The notes: generated by a model from the sequence alone, not told the origin. DNA of 64,000 nucleotides from Candidatus Amesbacteria bacterium GW2011_GWB1_47_19 (GCA_001002325.1 LCNZ01000007.1:91410-155409); one strand, 5' to 3'. Shown: positions 9,557 to 21,048, numbered from the stretch's first letter. Numbers and translations are program-made.

Positions 9557-10756
9557 ATGGAAATAAAAGAATTATTAAGTACAGCTTTTGTGGCGATCAG
9601 GACGAACAAAACCCGGTCGGTGCTGACTACTTTGGGGATTATCATCGGGGTGGGTTCGGTGATATTGTTGGTGGCGATAGGCAGCGGACTTCAAAGTTTT
9701 GTGACAAAAGAGTTTGAAGCTTTGGGATCAAATGTATTGTTTATCTCTCCGGGTAGAGTAAGTTTTTCAGGCGGACCCCCGCAAAATGTGGAAGCCAAAT
9801 TTGATTTTGAAGATGTGCGGAAGATAGGTGAACTGGGGGCACCGATAGTCAAATCGAGCGGAATGATATCCAAGGGAGTGACTATAAAATACCGGTCCGA
9901 GTCTTTTTACGGAAACTTAGCGGGGGTGGAAGAAGACTACCAGGAATTCGGCAATGTGGAAATTGATAAGGGACGTTTTTTTACCAAGAATGCGGTAGAA
10001 AGGGGACAATTTGTAGGAGTGATAGGGCATAAGGTTTACACGGAATTGTTCGGTGAAGGCAGAGAGGCTGTGGGGAAAGAAGTGGACATCTCGGGAAGAC
10101 AAATAAAAGTTATCGGTGTCCTGAAGGAAAAAGGGGGAGGAATCGGGGGGAGCAGTAATGAAAATACTTTTGCCATAATTCCGGTTACCACGGCTTCGAA
10201 ATTGACGGGAATTAATAAACCGGCGGCGGTGATGGTCCGAACAGCTACGGCGGAAGACACAACCATCGCTACCCGGAAAGTAAAGGAATATTTTTACAGG
10301 AAAGATTTAACTGATGATGATTTTACAATCCTGGAACCCAAAGAGCTGTTGAGCACAATCAATTCGTTTTTGGGTGTGGTGACGGGAGCTTTATCGGGGA
10401 TTGCCGCAATATCGCTGGTGGTGGGTGGCATCGGGATTGCCAATATTATGCTGGTTTCCGTGACTGAAAGAACCCGGGAAATCGGTCTGAGGAAAGCTCT
10501 GGGAGCGACAAGAAGGGATATTTTGTTGCAATTTTTGATTGAGGCTGTAGTATTGTCTGTCGTAGGAGGGGGAATTGGGGTGGCCGGAGGCTGGGGACTG
10601 TCGGTATTGATGTCGCGATTCATTGAGACAGCGGTGACACCCTGGTCGGTGGGATTGGCATTCGGAATTTCTGCGGGAGTGGGGGTGGTTTCAGGGTTGG
10701 CTCCGGCAATCCGTGCCGCCAGGCTGGACCCCATTGCCGCCCTGAGGTATGAATAA
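9557..10756 (+). CDS. ABC transporter permease (MacB/FtsX type)
   Basis: RSVLTTLGIIIGV, VTERTREIGLRKALGA, PIAALRYE. Confidence 0.95.
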   Translation: MEIKELLSTAFVAIRTNKTRSVLTTLGIIIGVGSVILLVAIGSGLQSFVTKEFEALGSNVLFISPGRVSFSGGPPQNVEAKFDFEDVRKIGELGAPIVKSSGMISKGVTIKYRSESFYGNLAGVEEDYQEFGNVEIDKGRFFTKNAVERGQFVGVIGHKVYTELFGEGREAVGKEVDISGRQIKVIGVLKEKGGGIGGSSNENTFAIIPVTTASKLTGINKPAAVMVRTATAEDTTIATRKVKEYFYRKDLTDDDFTILEPKELLSTINSFLGVVTGALSGIAAISLVVGGIGIANIMLVSVTERTREIGLRKALGATRRDILLQFLIEAVVLSVVGGGIGVAGGWGLSVLMSRFIETAVTPWSVGLAFGISAGVGVVSGLAPAIRAARLDPIAALRYE

Positions 10757-10791
10757 TTGTTTTATATAGATTTATAACCTATAATGTGTGA

Positions 10792-11019
10792 ATGGGATGC
10801 CTTAAGGAACTGGCGGGAGTGGGAGGAGCTGTTTGTCTGGGTGTGGGGACGTTGGGCGTGATTGTGTGTTTTGGGGCTGCTTTGAATCCGGAAAATTCAA
10901 TTGAAGTTCAATATGAATTATTCAATGGATTTTTGAAATTTTATGGGTTACTTGCGGTTGGACTTTTACTGTCGGTATTTGGGAGTGATGGAAAGCCGAA
11001 AAATGGGAATTTATCTTAA
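10792..11019 (+). CDS. Small two-TM hypothetical protein
   Basis: TATAAT 6 nt before the ATG; two hydrophobic segments. Confidence 0.6.
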   Translation: MGCLKELAGVGGAVCLGVGTLGVIVCFGAALNPENSIEVQYELFNGFLKFYGLLAVGLLLSVFGSDGKPKNGNLS

Positions 11020-11065
11020 GAATGTGGGGATATTAACTGGTATTGGCCCGAGGTATGAATAGGGG

Positions 11066-11094
11066 TTGACAGGGGATGGGGGGACAGGTAATAT
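11066..11094 (+). promoter_or_regulatory. Sigma70 promoter upstream of tRNA-Ala/23S/5S
   Basis: TTGACA-17bp-TAATAT. Confidence 0.75.
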
Positions 11095-11192
11095 CAGGCT
11101 ACCTTTGCGAGGCTGTATATATTTCATGGAAACTTTGCTTGTACCCAATTTTGACGAAAGCCATTAGGACTATCGGGTAGGCAAAGCTGTGG

Positions 11193-11215
11193 CCCCGCGA
11201 ATGCGGGGTTTTTTT
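11193..11215 (+). terminator. Intrinsic terminator-like hairpin in the leader of the tRNA-Ala/23S unit
   Basis: CCCCGC GAAT GCGGGG TTTTTTT. Confidence 0.7.
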
Positions 11216-11237
11216 ATTTACAATTTATTTTATCCGG

Positions 11238-11311
11238 GGGCCCATAGCTCAGTTGGCTAGAGCGTCGCATTTGCAATGCGGAGGTCGCCGGTCCGAGCCC
11301 GGCTGGGTCCA
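11238..11311 (+). tRNA. tRNA-Ala(TGC)
   Basis: Cloverleaf with anticodon loop TTTGCAA and a G3:U70 pair. Confidence 0.93.
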
Positions 11312-11892
11312 CTATTGAAAGTTGACCCCGGTTTCCCTTCGCGGGAGGCCGAGGTTAGCTTTCAAAAAGTAAGGCTTGTACCTTGAAAAGTGAAGAGAAT
11401 AAAGTTAGTAGAGCCGTATTTTTTACTTCCGTAAGGCAGACAACGAATGCCTAGGATACTGAAGCCGAAGAAGGACGTACGTGGCCACGAAAGTCGTCGG
11501 GGAGCTGCCAAGAAGCTTTGATCCGGCGGTGTCCGAATGGGGAAACCCCCTCTTTATGAGGACCCCGCCTATGGCGGGGGGGGCACGCCCTGAACTGAAA
11601 CATCTAAGTAAGGGCAGGAAAAGAAATCAACGTTCGCGCAAGCGAGAGAGATTCCGTAAGTAAGCGGTGAGCGAAAGCGGAACAGCCTAAACCCCGCCGC
11701 AAGGCGAGGGTGTTGCGGGAAGGCCGAGTGACCGGCAAGGGTAGTCGAACTGTCTGGAAAGGCAGGCTATAAAACGTGACAGCCGTGTAGGCGAAACCCA
11801 AGCCGGCGTGAAGCCGAATTCCCAAGTACCATGAGGCACATACCTTGTGGGAATCCGGGGTGACCACACTCCAAGGCTAAATACTTCAGTGT

Positions 11893-11933
<41 letters not shown>

Positions 11934-13380
11934 GGGTGAGAAACCTAGTGAAATAGAACCTGAAATTGTCTGCTGTCAAGCAGACGGAGTCCCGCCTTTG
12001 GCGGGATGACGTCGTGCCTATTGAAGAATGATCCGGCGAGTTTTCGTTACATGCATGTCTAATCCGTCTAAAGCGGAGGAGGCGTAGTGAAAGCGAGGGT
12101 TAACAGCCCGTATATTGCATGTGATGGAAGACCCGAAACCTGGTGAGCTAACCATGAGCAGGGTGAACCCCGTCGAAAGACGGGGGGAGGCCCGCACTCG
12201 TCAGAGTTACAAATCTGTGAGATGACTTGTGGTTAGGGGTAATATGCCAATCGAACCAGGAGATAGCTGGCTCTCCCCGAAATATATATAGGTATAGCCT
12301 TAAGACTAACTTTCAAGAGGTAGAGCACTGGATGGGCAGGGCATCTTTAGGTGTCCTATTCAATCAAACTCCGAATTCTTGAAAGCTACATCTTAGGAGT
12401 CAGAACGACCCGGCTAAGCGGGCCGCTCTAAAGGGAAACAACCCAGACTGTCGTCTAAGGCCTCTAAATGAATGCTCAGTGTTGAACGAAGTCAAATTCC
12501 TCAGACAGCCAGGAGGTTGGCTCAGAAGCAGCCATCCTTTAAAGAAAGCGTAACAGCTCACTGGTCGACCTTGGAATTTGGCGCGGAAAATGAACCGAGG
12601 CTTAAGCATTCTGCCGAAGACACAGATTTTTTTGACGTTCGCGTCAAAAAAGTGGTAGGGGAGCGTTGAAGGAGCAGTGAAGTCCCTCTGTAAAGATCGG
12701 GATGGAGCGACTTCAAGTGAGAATGCCGGAATGAGTAGCGTAAGCCCGATGAGAATTCGGGCCGCCGAAACCCCAAGGTTTTCCCAGCCATGTTGTTCAG
12801 CTGGGAGTGAGTCGGCACCTAAGGTGAGGCCTAAGTTGGCGTAACCGATGGACGAGCCGTTAACATTCGGCTACATGATAAGTATCGTTATAAAATCAGG
12901 GATGGACAAAATGAGAATATCCGAACGCACGTAGTGAATGTGGCGTTTAAGCAGCAAGACAGTTAGGCTTGGAAAAACCGGTCTGACGTTTAATTGAGCT
13001 GTGATGAGAAGTCTGGCGAGAAATCAACGGGCAACTCGGACGGTTTTTGTTTTCCAGAAAAGATTCGTGGTGAGATATTTATTATGCCGTACCGCAAACC
13101 GACACTGGTGGGGTGGTCGAGTAGACCAAGGCGATCGGGAGAAGGTAGTTCAAGGAACTCGGCAAAAAATCTGGACGTAATCTAGAGAGATGTCCTTCCC
13201 GCCTATGGCGGGACGCAGCGAAAGATTATTCCCCGACTGTTTAACTAAAACACAGGTCTGTGCAAACTTGAAAGAGAAAGTATACAGGCTGAGGCCTGCC
13301 CAGTGCTCGTAAGTTAAGTGGATGGCTGAGATTACATCAAGGCTTGAAATGAAGCCCGAGTGAACGGCAGCAGTAACTAT

Positions 13381-14072
13381 GAGCCGAAAGGCCGTTGTAG
13401 TTAAAAAAGTCGACTATATGCTGGAATATCTGGAGTATCTAGCACTAGTTTATTTCGGGTATATTTCGGAGTAGACTGAAAATGTGTCTAGTGCAGACAA
13501 TCAGCAGGAAAGGTTAAAGACAGGACATTTTTTGGCAGGATTTGTTGAAGGCGAAGGAAGTTTTAATATTTCCATACGCCGTAAAGCAGACTATAAAGTA
13601 AGTTGGCAGGTGGTGTTGAGCTTTAATGTATCTCAACGCGATCCATCACTTTTATATTTGCTAAAACAAACTCTTGATTGTGGGATTATTAAAAAACGTT
13701 TTGATGGTGTTTATTCGTTTGATGTGACAACACCTGCGGACGCGATTTATAAAGTAATTCCATTTTTCCAAGAATTTCCGCTTCGTTCAAAGGATAAAAT
13801 TCGTAACTTTAACTTATTTGTTAAAGTGGCGAATTTAATGAAGAACGGAGAACACAAAACCCAAGAAGGACTGTTTAATATTCTGAGCATCAGAGAGAAA
13901 ATAAACTTGGGTAAGGGGAGGACTAGAAAATATTCGATTTTCGATGTATTTCCCAATCTGTCTTTAGAATCCCCAGAGACTATACGTCGACTTCGGCAAT
14001 CGCCGAAATGATATAGTCCGGACTCCATGGCGACATGGAGAGACGTAACCAATCGTCCTTTGTAACAAATCG
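13381..14072 (+). mobile_element. Group I intron in 23S after U1917
   Basis: Exons rejoin as GTAACTAT|AACTGTTC; U/G boundaries; core AATCAGCAGG, AGAGACTATA, GATATAGTCC. Confidence 0.92.
13484..14011 (+). CDS. LAGLIDADG homing endonuclease (single motif)
   Basis: FLAGFVEGEGSF, FNVSQ, LDCGII, VIPFFQEFPLRS. Confidence 0.92.
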   Translation: MSSADNQQERLKTGHFLAGFVEGEGSFNISIRRKADYKVSWQVVLSFNVSQRDPSLLYLLKQTLDCGIIKKRFDGVYSFDVTTPADAIYKVIPFFQEFPLRSKDKIRNFNLFVKVANLMKNGEHKTQEGLFNILSIREKINLGKGRTRKYSIFDVFPNLSLESPETIRRLRQSPK

Positions 14073-14106
14073 AACTGTTCTATGGTAGCGAAGTTCCTTG
14101 TCGGGT

Positions 14107-14782
14107 AAGCGGCGGAAGCAAGCCCGACGTAAAAAACTGACTCATATCGGTGGAGCCTCTTGACCTTCGGGTTTTATAAGGTCAGGATGGTAATACCGAG
14201 GGAAGTCGTCCGGTTGATAACTGGATTGACCCCGTAACGACTTAGGATGCACGTACATCCTGGAGGCATTATGCCTAACACGTCAGTATCACGGAATGTT
14301 TGCTGGTATCTATCGGGTTACGCCGATGGAGAAGGCAGCTTTTGTGTAAGTTTTTCTCCCAGAAATAAGTTAAGGTCCAAACTTGAAGTTAGACCGAGTT
14401 TTTCGGTATCGCAAAACGCTGATAGATCCGAAGTCCTTTCTCTGTTTCAACAGATATTGGGATGCGGAACTATCAGGCCAGATAGAAGCGATAAGACTTT
14501 AAAGTTTGAAATCCGAAGTTTATCTGAACTAGTTGAAAAAGTGATACCTTTTTTTGAAAAATATCACTTGATGTCTTCTAAAAGAAAAGATTTTTCTGTA
14601 TTTTCCCAAATTTGTCATTTGATGAATGAAGGAAATAAAAGTAAATCGGAATTAGAACATATCATTAGACTGGCGATGAAGATGAATGTTTCTGGAAAAA
14701 GAAAATATAACACACATAAACTTATAAGTATTTTGTGATAAAGGTATAGTCTATCCCATTGGTGACAATGGATTTAAAGATG
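14107..14782 (+). mobile_element. Group I intron in 23S after U1951
   Basis: Exons rejoin as TTGTCGGGT|AAGTTCCGACC; P1 is GTCGGGT/GCCCGAC; AAGGTATAGTCT near the 3' end. Confidence 0.92.
14271..14738 (+). CDS. LAGLIDADG homing endonuclease (single motif)
   Basis: YLSGYADGEGSF, FSVSQ, LGCGTI; GGAGG SD just before ATG 14271. Confidence 0.92.
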   Translation: MPNTSVSRNVCWYLSGYADGEGSFCVSFSPRNKLRSKLEVRPSFSVSQNADRSEVLSLFQQILGCGTIRPDRSDKTLKFEIRSLSELVEKVIPFFEKYHLMSSKRKDFSVFSQICHLMNEGNKSKSELEHIIRLAMKMNVSGKRKYNTHKLISIL

Positions 14783-15311
14783 AAGTTCCGACCCGCACGA
14801 AAGGCTTAACGAGGGAATAACTGTCTTGAACTATCACCCGGCGAATTTGAAATGGCTGTGAAGATGCGGCCTAACTCTACTAGGACAAAAAGACCCTATG
14901 GAGCTTTACTGTACCCAGGCCCTGTTTTGGATTTTGAGATAGTTTAGAGTAGGAGGGAGTTCTCGGACAAAAGTGAAACACCTCCCGTTTTGGAATTTCA
15001 AAACTTACCCAGACCAGCTGGAAACGCTGGTGGGGACGAGGTCTGGATGGCAGTTTTACTGGGGAGGTATCCTGCTAAAAGGTAACGCAGGAGTACCAAG
15101 GTGCACTAGGCTCGGATGGAAATCGAGCGAGTCGTATAACGGCATAAGTGCGCTTGACTGCGAGAGCGACGGTTCGAGCAGGGACGAAAGTCGGTCGTAA
15201 TGATCCTCGTTAGCCTTGTGGGAGGCTACGAGCTTAACGGATAAAAGCTACCCTAGGGATAACAGGCTGATCGCCGCCAAGAGTCCATATCGACGCGGCG
15301 GTTTGGCACCT

Positions 15312-16137
15312 TAACCAAAAAGGTCATCGGGGTGCATGGCTAGCAATAGCTTTAGCAAGTCTGTTTTAATTGGTTATTTCTGACTCATATCGGGGAACTC
15401 CTTGAATTCGTGTTTGTTTCGGTTTAGTCTAGATTAACATGAACGAGGACAATCCCGAGGGAAGTCTTACGGAAATGGAAAAGCACATTGTTGAGGGTTG
15501 CCTATTGGGTGACGCAACGATGAGAATAAAAACTAATTCTTTGATTGAAATCAACCACTCTTTCAAACAGAAGGCCTTGGTTGATCATTTGTACTTTGTT
15601 TTGAAAAGATTTGTGATTACAAAACCAAAAATGCGGAGAGGTAATGGAACAAGGTTTGCTTATCGGTTTACTACCCGGTCTTTATCTTTGTTCAACGATT
15701 TTTTCTTTCGCTTTTATGCTGGTGGGAAAAAGAAAATTCCTCATGATCTAGATTTAACTCCTGTTCATCTGGCGTATTGGCTTATGGATGATGGGAGCAG
15801 AACTTATAATACCGTGTATTTAAATACTCAACAATTTATAAAAAGTGATCAAGAGGTATTATTAAGCAAACTCCGTGAATTACACATTGCGGCTTCGTTA
15901 AACAAAGACAAGACATATCAAAGAATAAGGATTGCCGTATCAAGCATTCCGAGATTGAAAAATGTGGTGATACCATATATTCTTCCGGAAATGCGATACA
16001 AAATTCCGTAATGACCCTGTATCGACTTGTGGTTTCAAGACCACGGACTCGCCTTTCGGCGGGTAAGACGTCAGCTCCCGATTTGCTTTATTGGGATGAA
16101 GGTATAGTCAGCGCTTCGAGTAATCGGAGTATCTATG
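15312..16137 (+). mobile_element. Group I intron in 23S after U2500
   Basis: Exons rejoin as GTTTGGCACCT|CGATGTCGGCTC; U/G boundaries; AAGGTATAGTCA. Confidence 0.92.
15439..16011 (+). CDS. LAGLIDADG_2-type homing endonuclease (two motifs)
   Basis: IVEGCLLGDAT and LAYWLMDDGS. Confidence 0.9.
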   Translation: MNEDNPEGSLTEMEKHIVEGCLLGDATMRIKTNSLIEINHSFKQKALVDHLYFVLKRFVITKPKMRRGNGTRFAYRFTTRSLSLFNDFFFRFYAGGKKKIPHDLDLTPVHLAYWLMDDGSRTYNTVYLNTQQFIKSDQEVLLSKLRELHIAASLNKDKTYQRIRIAVSSIPRLKNVVIPYILPEMRYKIP

Positions 16138-16205
16138 CGATGTCGGCTCACCCTATCCTGGAGGGGCAGTACCTTCCAAGGGTCCGTCTGTTCGCCGGTT
16201 AAAAG

Positions 16206-17050
<845 letters not shown>

Positions 17051-17181
17051 TCGGTCTCTATCCAGTAGAGTCGTGGAGTTTTTGAGGGGGTCTGACCTCA
17101 GTACGAGAGGACCAGGTTGGAGGCACCACTGGTGTGCCGGTTGTAGCGTCAGCTGCACCGCCGGGTAGCTAAGTGCCTACG

Positions 17182-17214
<33 letters not shown>

Positions 17215-17420
17215 CTACCCAAGATAAGAAACTCGTCCCGCCGTAAGGCGGGTAAAGACACGGGGTAGACTACCCCGTATAAGAGGCTGGCGGTGTAAGT
17301 TCGGTAACGGATTTAGCCTACCAGTACTAATAAGTCTTTTCGAAGTTGATTTACGGTTTTTACTGCTTTCATTCTCTTCACCTTTCGGGGTACAAATAAA
17401 ATTCATTTAAGAGCGCATTG

Positions 17421-17540
17421 TTCTCGGTCATCTGAGCGGCGTGGAACTACTTCTTCCCATTCCGAACAGAACCGTAAAACGCGCCAGCGCCGACAATAGC
17501 TGAGGGGCAACCTTCCGTGAAGATAGGTCATGGCCGAGAA
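17421..17540 (+). rRNA. rrf: 5S rRNA
   Basis: CCCATTCCGAAC and CGCCAGCGCCGA; terminal stem TTCTCGGTCAT/ATGGCCGAGAA followed by a T-run. Confidence 0.92.
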
Positions 17541-17611
17541 TAATGCGCTTTTTTATGTTTAGAAGCTAGTTATTTTGAACTTAGGTATATTATAGGTTAT
17601 AATCTGACGTT

Positions 17612-17890
17612 ATGAGTTGGTTTGATCCTATGAACAAGAATGATCGGGAAAAGGCGGAAGAGATAATGGGTAATCCTGATGACCCGAAACACCGAGAAAT
17701 TCGGAAACTTGGATGTATTCACGTTGCGTTTTGCCTATTAGCAGTTGGTATTTCGTTTGCATTATATGAGACTATAGACAAGAATTTGCCTGTATATTTA
17801 ATGCTGGCGGTAGGCTTATCGGTTGTAGGAATGTATTTTTCAAGGAGAAATGCCGCGAAAGTGATAAGAAGACAAGATGGGGAGGAGTAA
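17612..17890 (+). CDS. Small two-TM hypothetical protein
   Basis: TATAAT 8 nt upstream; two hydrophobic helices. Confidence 0.6.
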   Translation: MSWFDPMNKNDREKAEEIMGNPDDPKHREIRKLGCIHVAFCLLAVGISFALYETIDKNLPVYLMLAVGLSVVGMYFSRRNAAKVIRRQDGEE

Positions 17891-17984
17891 AATCAGTGGA
17901 TGGGACGAAAGAAAGTGGCATTGGTACTGCATGGGTATCCGGCGGTACTGTCGAATTTGAAAAAGGCTGATTTGATAAACTCAT

Positions 17985-19001
17985 GTGGTAATGATTAAGG
18001 TAATTGCGGCAGTATTAATCGGAATAGTTTTGGGGGGATTGGGGATGGGGGGATATTTTCAGCTGACGGAAAAAACGAAATTGCCGGCGGAACAAAGGGA
18101 AGAAAAACAATTGACACTTTTGAAATACAGCATTGAGAATTTGAGCCAAAGAGCCTATGGGTCGGTGATAGTTTGGGATGAGGCATCGGCAACGATGGCG
18201 GCTAACCTTGGAAAACCCGGATTTACCGCCAGGCGGTTTCATTTTGATTCAGACGGGCGGCGGGTGAACGGATTGGCGCATATTCCCGAGGGGAACGGGC
18301 CTTTTCCGGTGATAATACAGATCAGGGGGTTTATAGATCAAAGCGGCTATCTGCCTGGCGCAGGGACGTGGCGGAGCGCGGAAAAGTTTGTCCAGGCGGG
18401 ATTTTTGTCGCTGGCTCCGGACTTTTTGGGATACGGGGGATCAGATAATCCGTCAGCGAATATCTTTGAGGCCAGATTTCAGACTTACACGACTGTTTTA
18501 AATCTACTGGCTGACATATCCTCTTTACCTATGGCAGATGCGGGGAAAGTGGGTCTGTGGGGACACAGTAACGGCGGGCAAATAGCATTGACGGTTTTGG
18601 AGGCATCGGGGCGGGATTATCCCACTTCACTTTGGGCTCCGGTAACGGCTAGATTTCCCTATTCGATTCTGTATTATACCGATGACGCTGAAGACGGGGG
18701 AAAAGCGCTGAGGGAAGATCTGGCAGAATTTGAGAGCGATTATGATTCGGATGAATTTGCCATGACTCAACATCCGGATTTAATAGATGCCCCAATAATC
18801 TTACATCAAGGTACAAGGGATACCTGGGTACCGGTAAGCTGGAGCAGAAACTTGGTGAAAAGACTGAAAGATCTGGATAAAAAAATTAATTATGTTGAAT
18901 ATCCCGGAGCGGACCATAATTTATTACCCGTGTGGCAGACGGTGGTAGATAAGGACATTCAGTTTTTTAGAGAAGAGATGGGGTTGACGCAAAGCGAATA
19001 G
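17985..19001 (+). CDS. Membrane-anchored alpha/beta hydrolase (S9-like)
   Basis: GHSNGG nucleophile, HQGTRDTWV, GADH. Confidence 0.88.
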   Translation: MVMIKVIAAVLIGIVLGGLGMGGYFQLTEKTKLPAEQREEKQLTLLKYSIENLSQRAYGSVIVWDEASATMAANLGKPGFTARRFHFDSDGRRVNGLAHIPEGNGPFPVIIQIRGFIDQSGYLPGAGTWRSAEKFVQAGFLSLAPDFLGYGGSDNPSANIFEARFQTYTTVLNLLADISSLPMADAGKVGLWGHSNGGQIALTVLEASGRDYPTSLWAPVTARFPYSILYYTDDAEDGGKALREDLAEFESDYDSDEFAMTQHPDLIDAPIILHQGTRDTWVPVSWSRNLVKRLKDLDKKINYVEYPGADHNLLPVWQTVVDKDIQFFREEMGLTQSE

Positions 19002-19015
19002 GTTGGTAATAATTG

Positions 19016-20749
19016 ATGGTGCGCGGAATAAAATACGTCTTCGTTTCCGGAGGAGTGATATCCGGGTTGGGAAAGGGGATAACAGCCGCCTCGACGGGGT
19101 TGCTTTTAAATTCCAAGGGGGTGAGGACAACGATGGTGAAAATTGATATGTACCTGAACGTGGATGCGGGGACGATCAGGCCGGCAGAACATGGGGAGGT
19201 ATTTGTGACCGACGACGGAATTGAAACCGATCAGGATATCGGTCACTATGAAAGATTTTTGAACCAGACTTTAAGAAGGGAAAATTATATGACCACGGGG
19301 ATGGTGTATAAGGCAGTGATAGACAGAGAGAGGGCCTTCGGATACAACGGGGAGGACGTGGAAGCGATTCCGCATGTTACGGATGAAATAATCGCCAGAA
19401 TTATTAAGGCCGGGGAAGTGAACAATGCCCAAGTGGTGATTGTCGAGCTGGGGGGGACGGTTGGTGAATATCAGAACGGATTGTTTTTTGAAGCCGGCAG
19501 GATAATGAAACTAAGACAACCCAAAGATGTGGTGCATATCCATGTTTCGTATCTACCGGTGATAAAAAGTATCGGTGAACTGAAAAGTAAACCGACCCAG
19601 CAGTCGGTGCATGTGCTCAATTCCATGGGAATACAGCAGGATTTCCTGGTGGCTAGGAGTGAGAAAGAGATAGACAAGAGACGACGGGAAAGACTGGCAT
19701 TATTCTGTAACATGCGGGATGAAGATATCATTACCAACCCCGATCTGACGAATATCTATGAAGTTCCGATTTGGCTTGAAAAACAGGACTTTTCGAATAA
19801 ATTACTGCGCAGAGCCGGCCTAAAGCCCCGGAAAAAAGATTTGAAAGAATGGCGGGAGTTTGCCGGAAAACTGGCAACAGGGGGAAAAGAATTAAGAATA
19901 GCCATGGTGGGTAAGTATTTTCAAACCGGTGATTATATGTTGTCTGATGCTTATATCTGTGTAATAGAGGCGTTAAAACATGCCGGGGTAATAATGGGAG
20001 TAAGGCCGGTGGTGGAGTGGGTGATTTCGGATAAAGTTGACAGGAAAGCGGTAGATAAACAATTGAATGGTTTTGACGGAATTATTGTACCCCAAGGATG
20101 GGGAAGCCGGGGAGTGGAAGGAAAAATTGCGGCGGTAGAATTCGCCAGGAGGAAAAAAATTCCGTACCTGGGATTGTGTTTCGGAATGCAGATGGCAGTT
20201 ATTGAATACAGCAGGAACATTCTGGGACTTGACGAAGCCAATTCGACTGAGGTGAATCCGAAAACTAAATATCCGGTGATTCATATCATGCCGGACCAAA
20301 AAAAGTATCTGGAAGCACACCATTACGGCGGAACGATCAGACTAGGTTCCTGGCCTTGCTCGGTTGAACCAGGGTCAATATTAGAGAAAGCGTATAAAAG
20401 TTATGGGAAAGAACCAAACAAAATTTTTAATGACCAATTTGAAATTTTAAATCAATTTAAAAATTTAAATTTGAATGAAAATTTGAAATTAAAAATTAGT
20501 AATTTAATTTATGAAAGACATAGGCACAGATATGAAGTGAATAATGAATATCGGGAAAAACTGGAAAAAGCAGGTTTGGTGGTGTCCGGAGTCAGCCCGG
20601 ACGGGAAGCTAGTGGAGGCGGTGGAGTTACCCCGGAAAGTACATCCGTTTTTCGTAGGCACCCAGTTTCATCCGGAATATAAATCCCGGCCGTTGTCAGC
20701 ACACCCGCTGTTTTTGAGTTTTATAAAAGCGGCCATTGACCGGAGATAG
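19016..20749 (+). CDS. pyrG: CTP synthase (with an in-frame AT-rich insert)
   Basis: GGVISGLGKG, HGEVFVT, LGLCFGMQ, ERHRHRYE, QFHPE. Confidence 0.97.
   Translation: MVRGIKYVFVSGGVISGLGKGITAASTGLLLNSKGVRTTMVKIDMYLNVDAGTIRPAEHGEVFVTDDGIETDQDIGHYERFLNQTLRRENYMTTGMVYKAVIDRERAFGYNGEDVEAIPHVTDEIIARIIKAGEVNNAQVVIVELGGTVGEYQNGLFFEAGRIMKLRQPKDVVHIHVSYLPVIKSIGELKSKPTQQSVHVLNSMGIQQDFLVARSEKEIDKRRRERLALFCNMRDEDIITNPDLTNIYEVPIWLEKQDFSNKLLRRAGLKPRKKDLKEWREFAGKLATGGKELRIAMVGKYFQTGDYMLSDAYICVIEALKHAGVIMGVRPVVEWVISDKVDRKAVDKQLNGFDGIIVPQGWGSRGVEGKIAAVEFARRKKIPYLGLCFGMQMAVIEYSRNILGLDEANSTEVNPKTKYPVIHIMPDQKKYLEAHHYGGTIRLGSWPCSVEPGSILEKAYKSYGKEPNKIFNDQFEILNQFKNLNLNENLKLKISNLIYERHRHRYEVNNEYREKLEKAGLVVSGVSPDGKLVEAVELPRKVHPFFVGTQFHPEYKSRPLSAHPLFLSFIKAAIDRR
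20422..20504. repeat. Two-armed inverted heptamer element in frame in pyrG
   Basis: Four AATTTTC-like units plus AATCAATT, then an inverted tail and four GAAAATT-like units. Confidence 0.8.
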
Positions 20750-20757
20750 TATCATGG

Positions 20758-21048
20758 ATGTTCATGGGATTTTTTGAGCAGGTTTATAAATTTGTAAAAC
20801 AGATACCGGAAGGCAAGGTAATGACTTACGGGCAGGTGGCGCAGGCTATCGGGACAAGGGATGCAAGAAGAGTGGGCCAGGTACTGCATGCCAACAAGGA
20901 TTCGAAAGTACCCTGTCACCGGGTGGTTTTTGCCGACGGATCTCTGGCTCCCGGTTATGCTTTCGGTGGGGCGGAAGAGCAAAGGAAAAGACTGTTGGCC
21001 GAGGGGGTGGAGTTTGTCGGTGACAAGGTGAGCCCTGAGGCGTTATAA
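20758..21048 (+). CDS. MGMT/Ogt family DNA alkyltransferase
   Basis: IPEGKVMTYGQVA, ARRVG, VPCHRVV. Confidence 0.9.
   Translation: MFMGFFEQVYKFVKQIPEGKVMTYGQVAQAIGTRDARRVGQVLHANKDSKVPCHRVVFADGSLAPGYAFGGAEEQRKRLLAEGVEFVGDKVSPEAL

Noticed and set aside
11126-11200. c-di-GMP-I (GEMM) riboswitch resemblance (GACGAAAGCCATTAGGACTA)
   Set aside because: No GNRA-capped P2 or tetraloop receptor; kept only as an unnamed structured leader.
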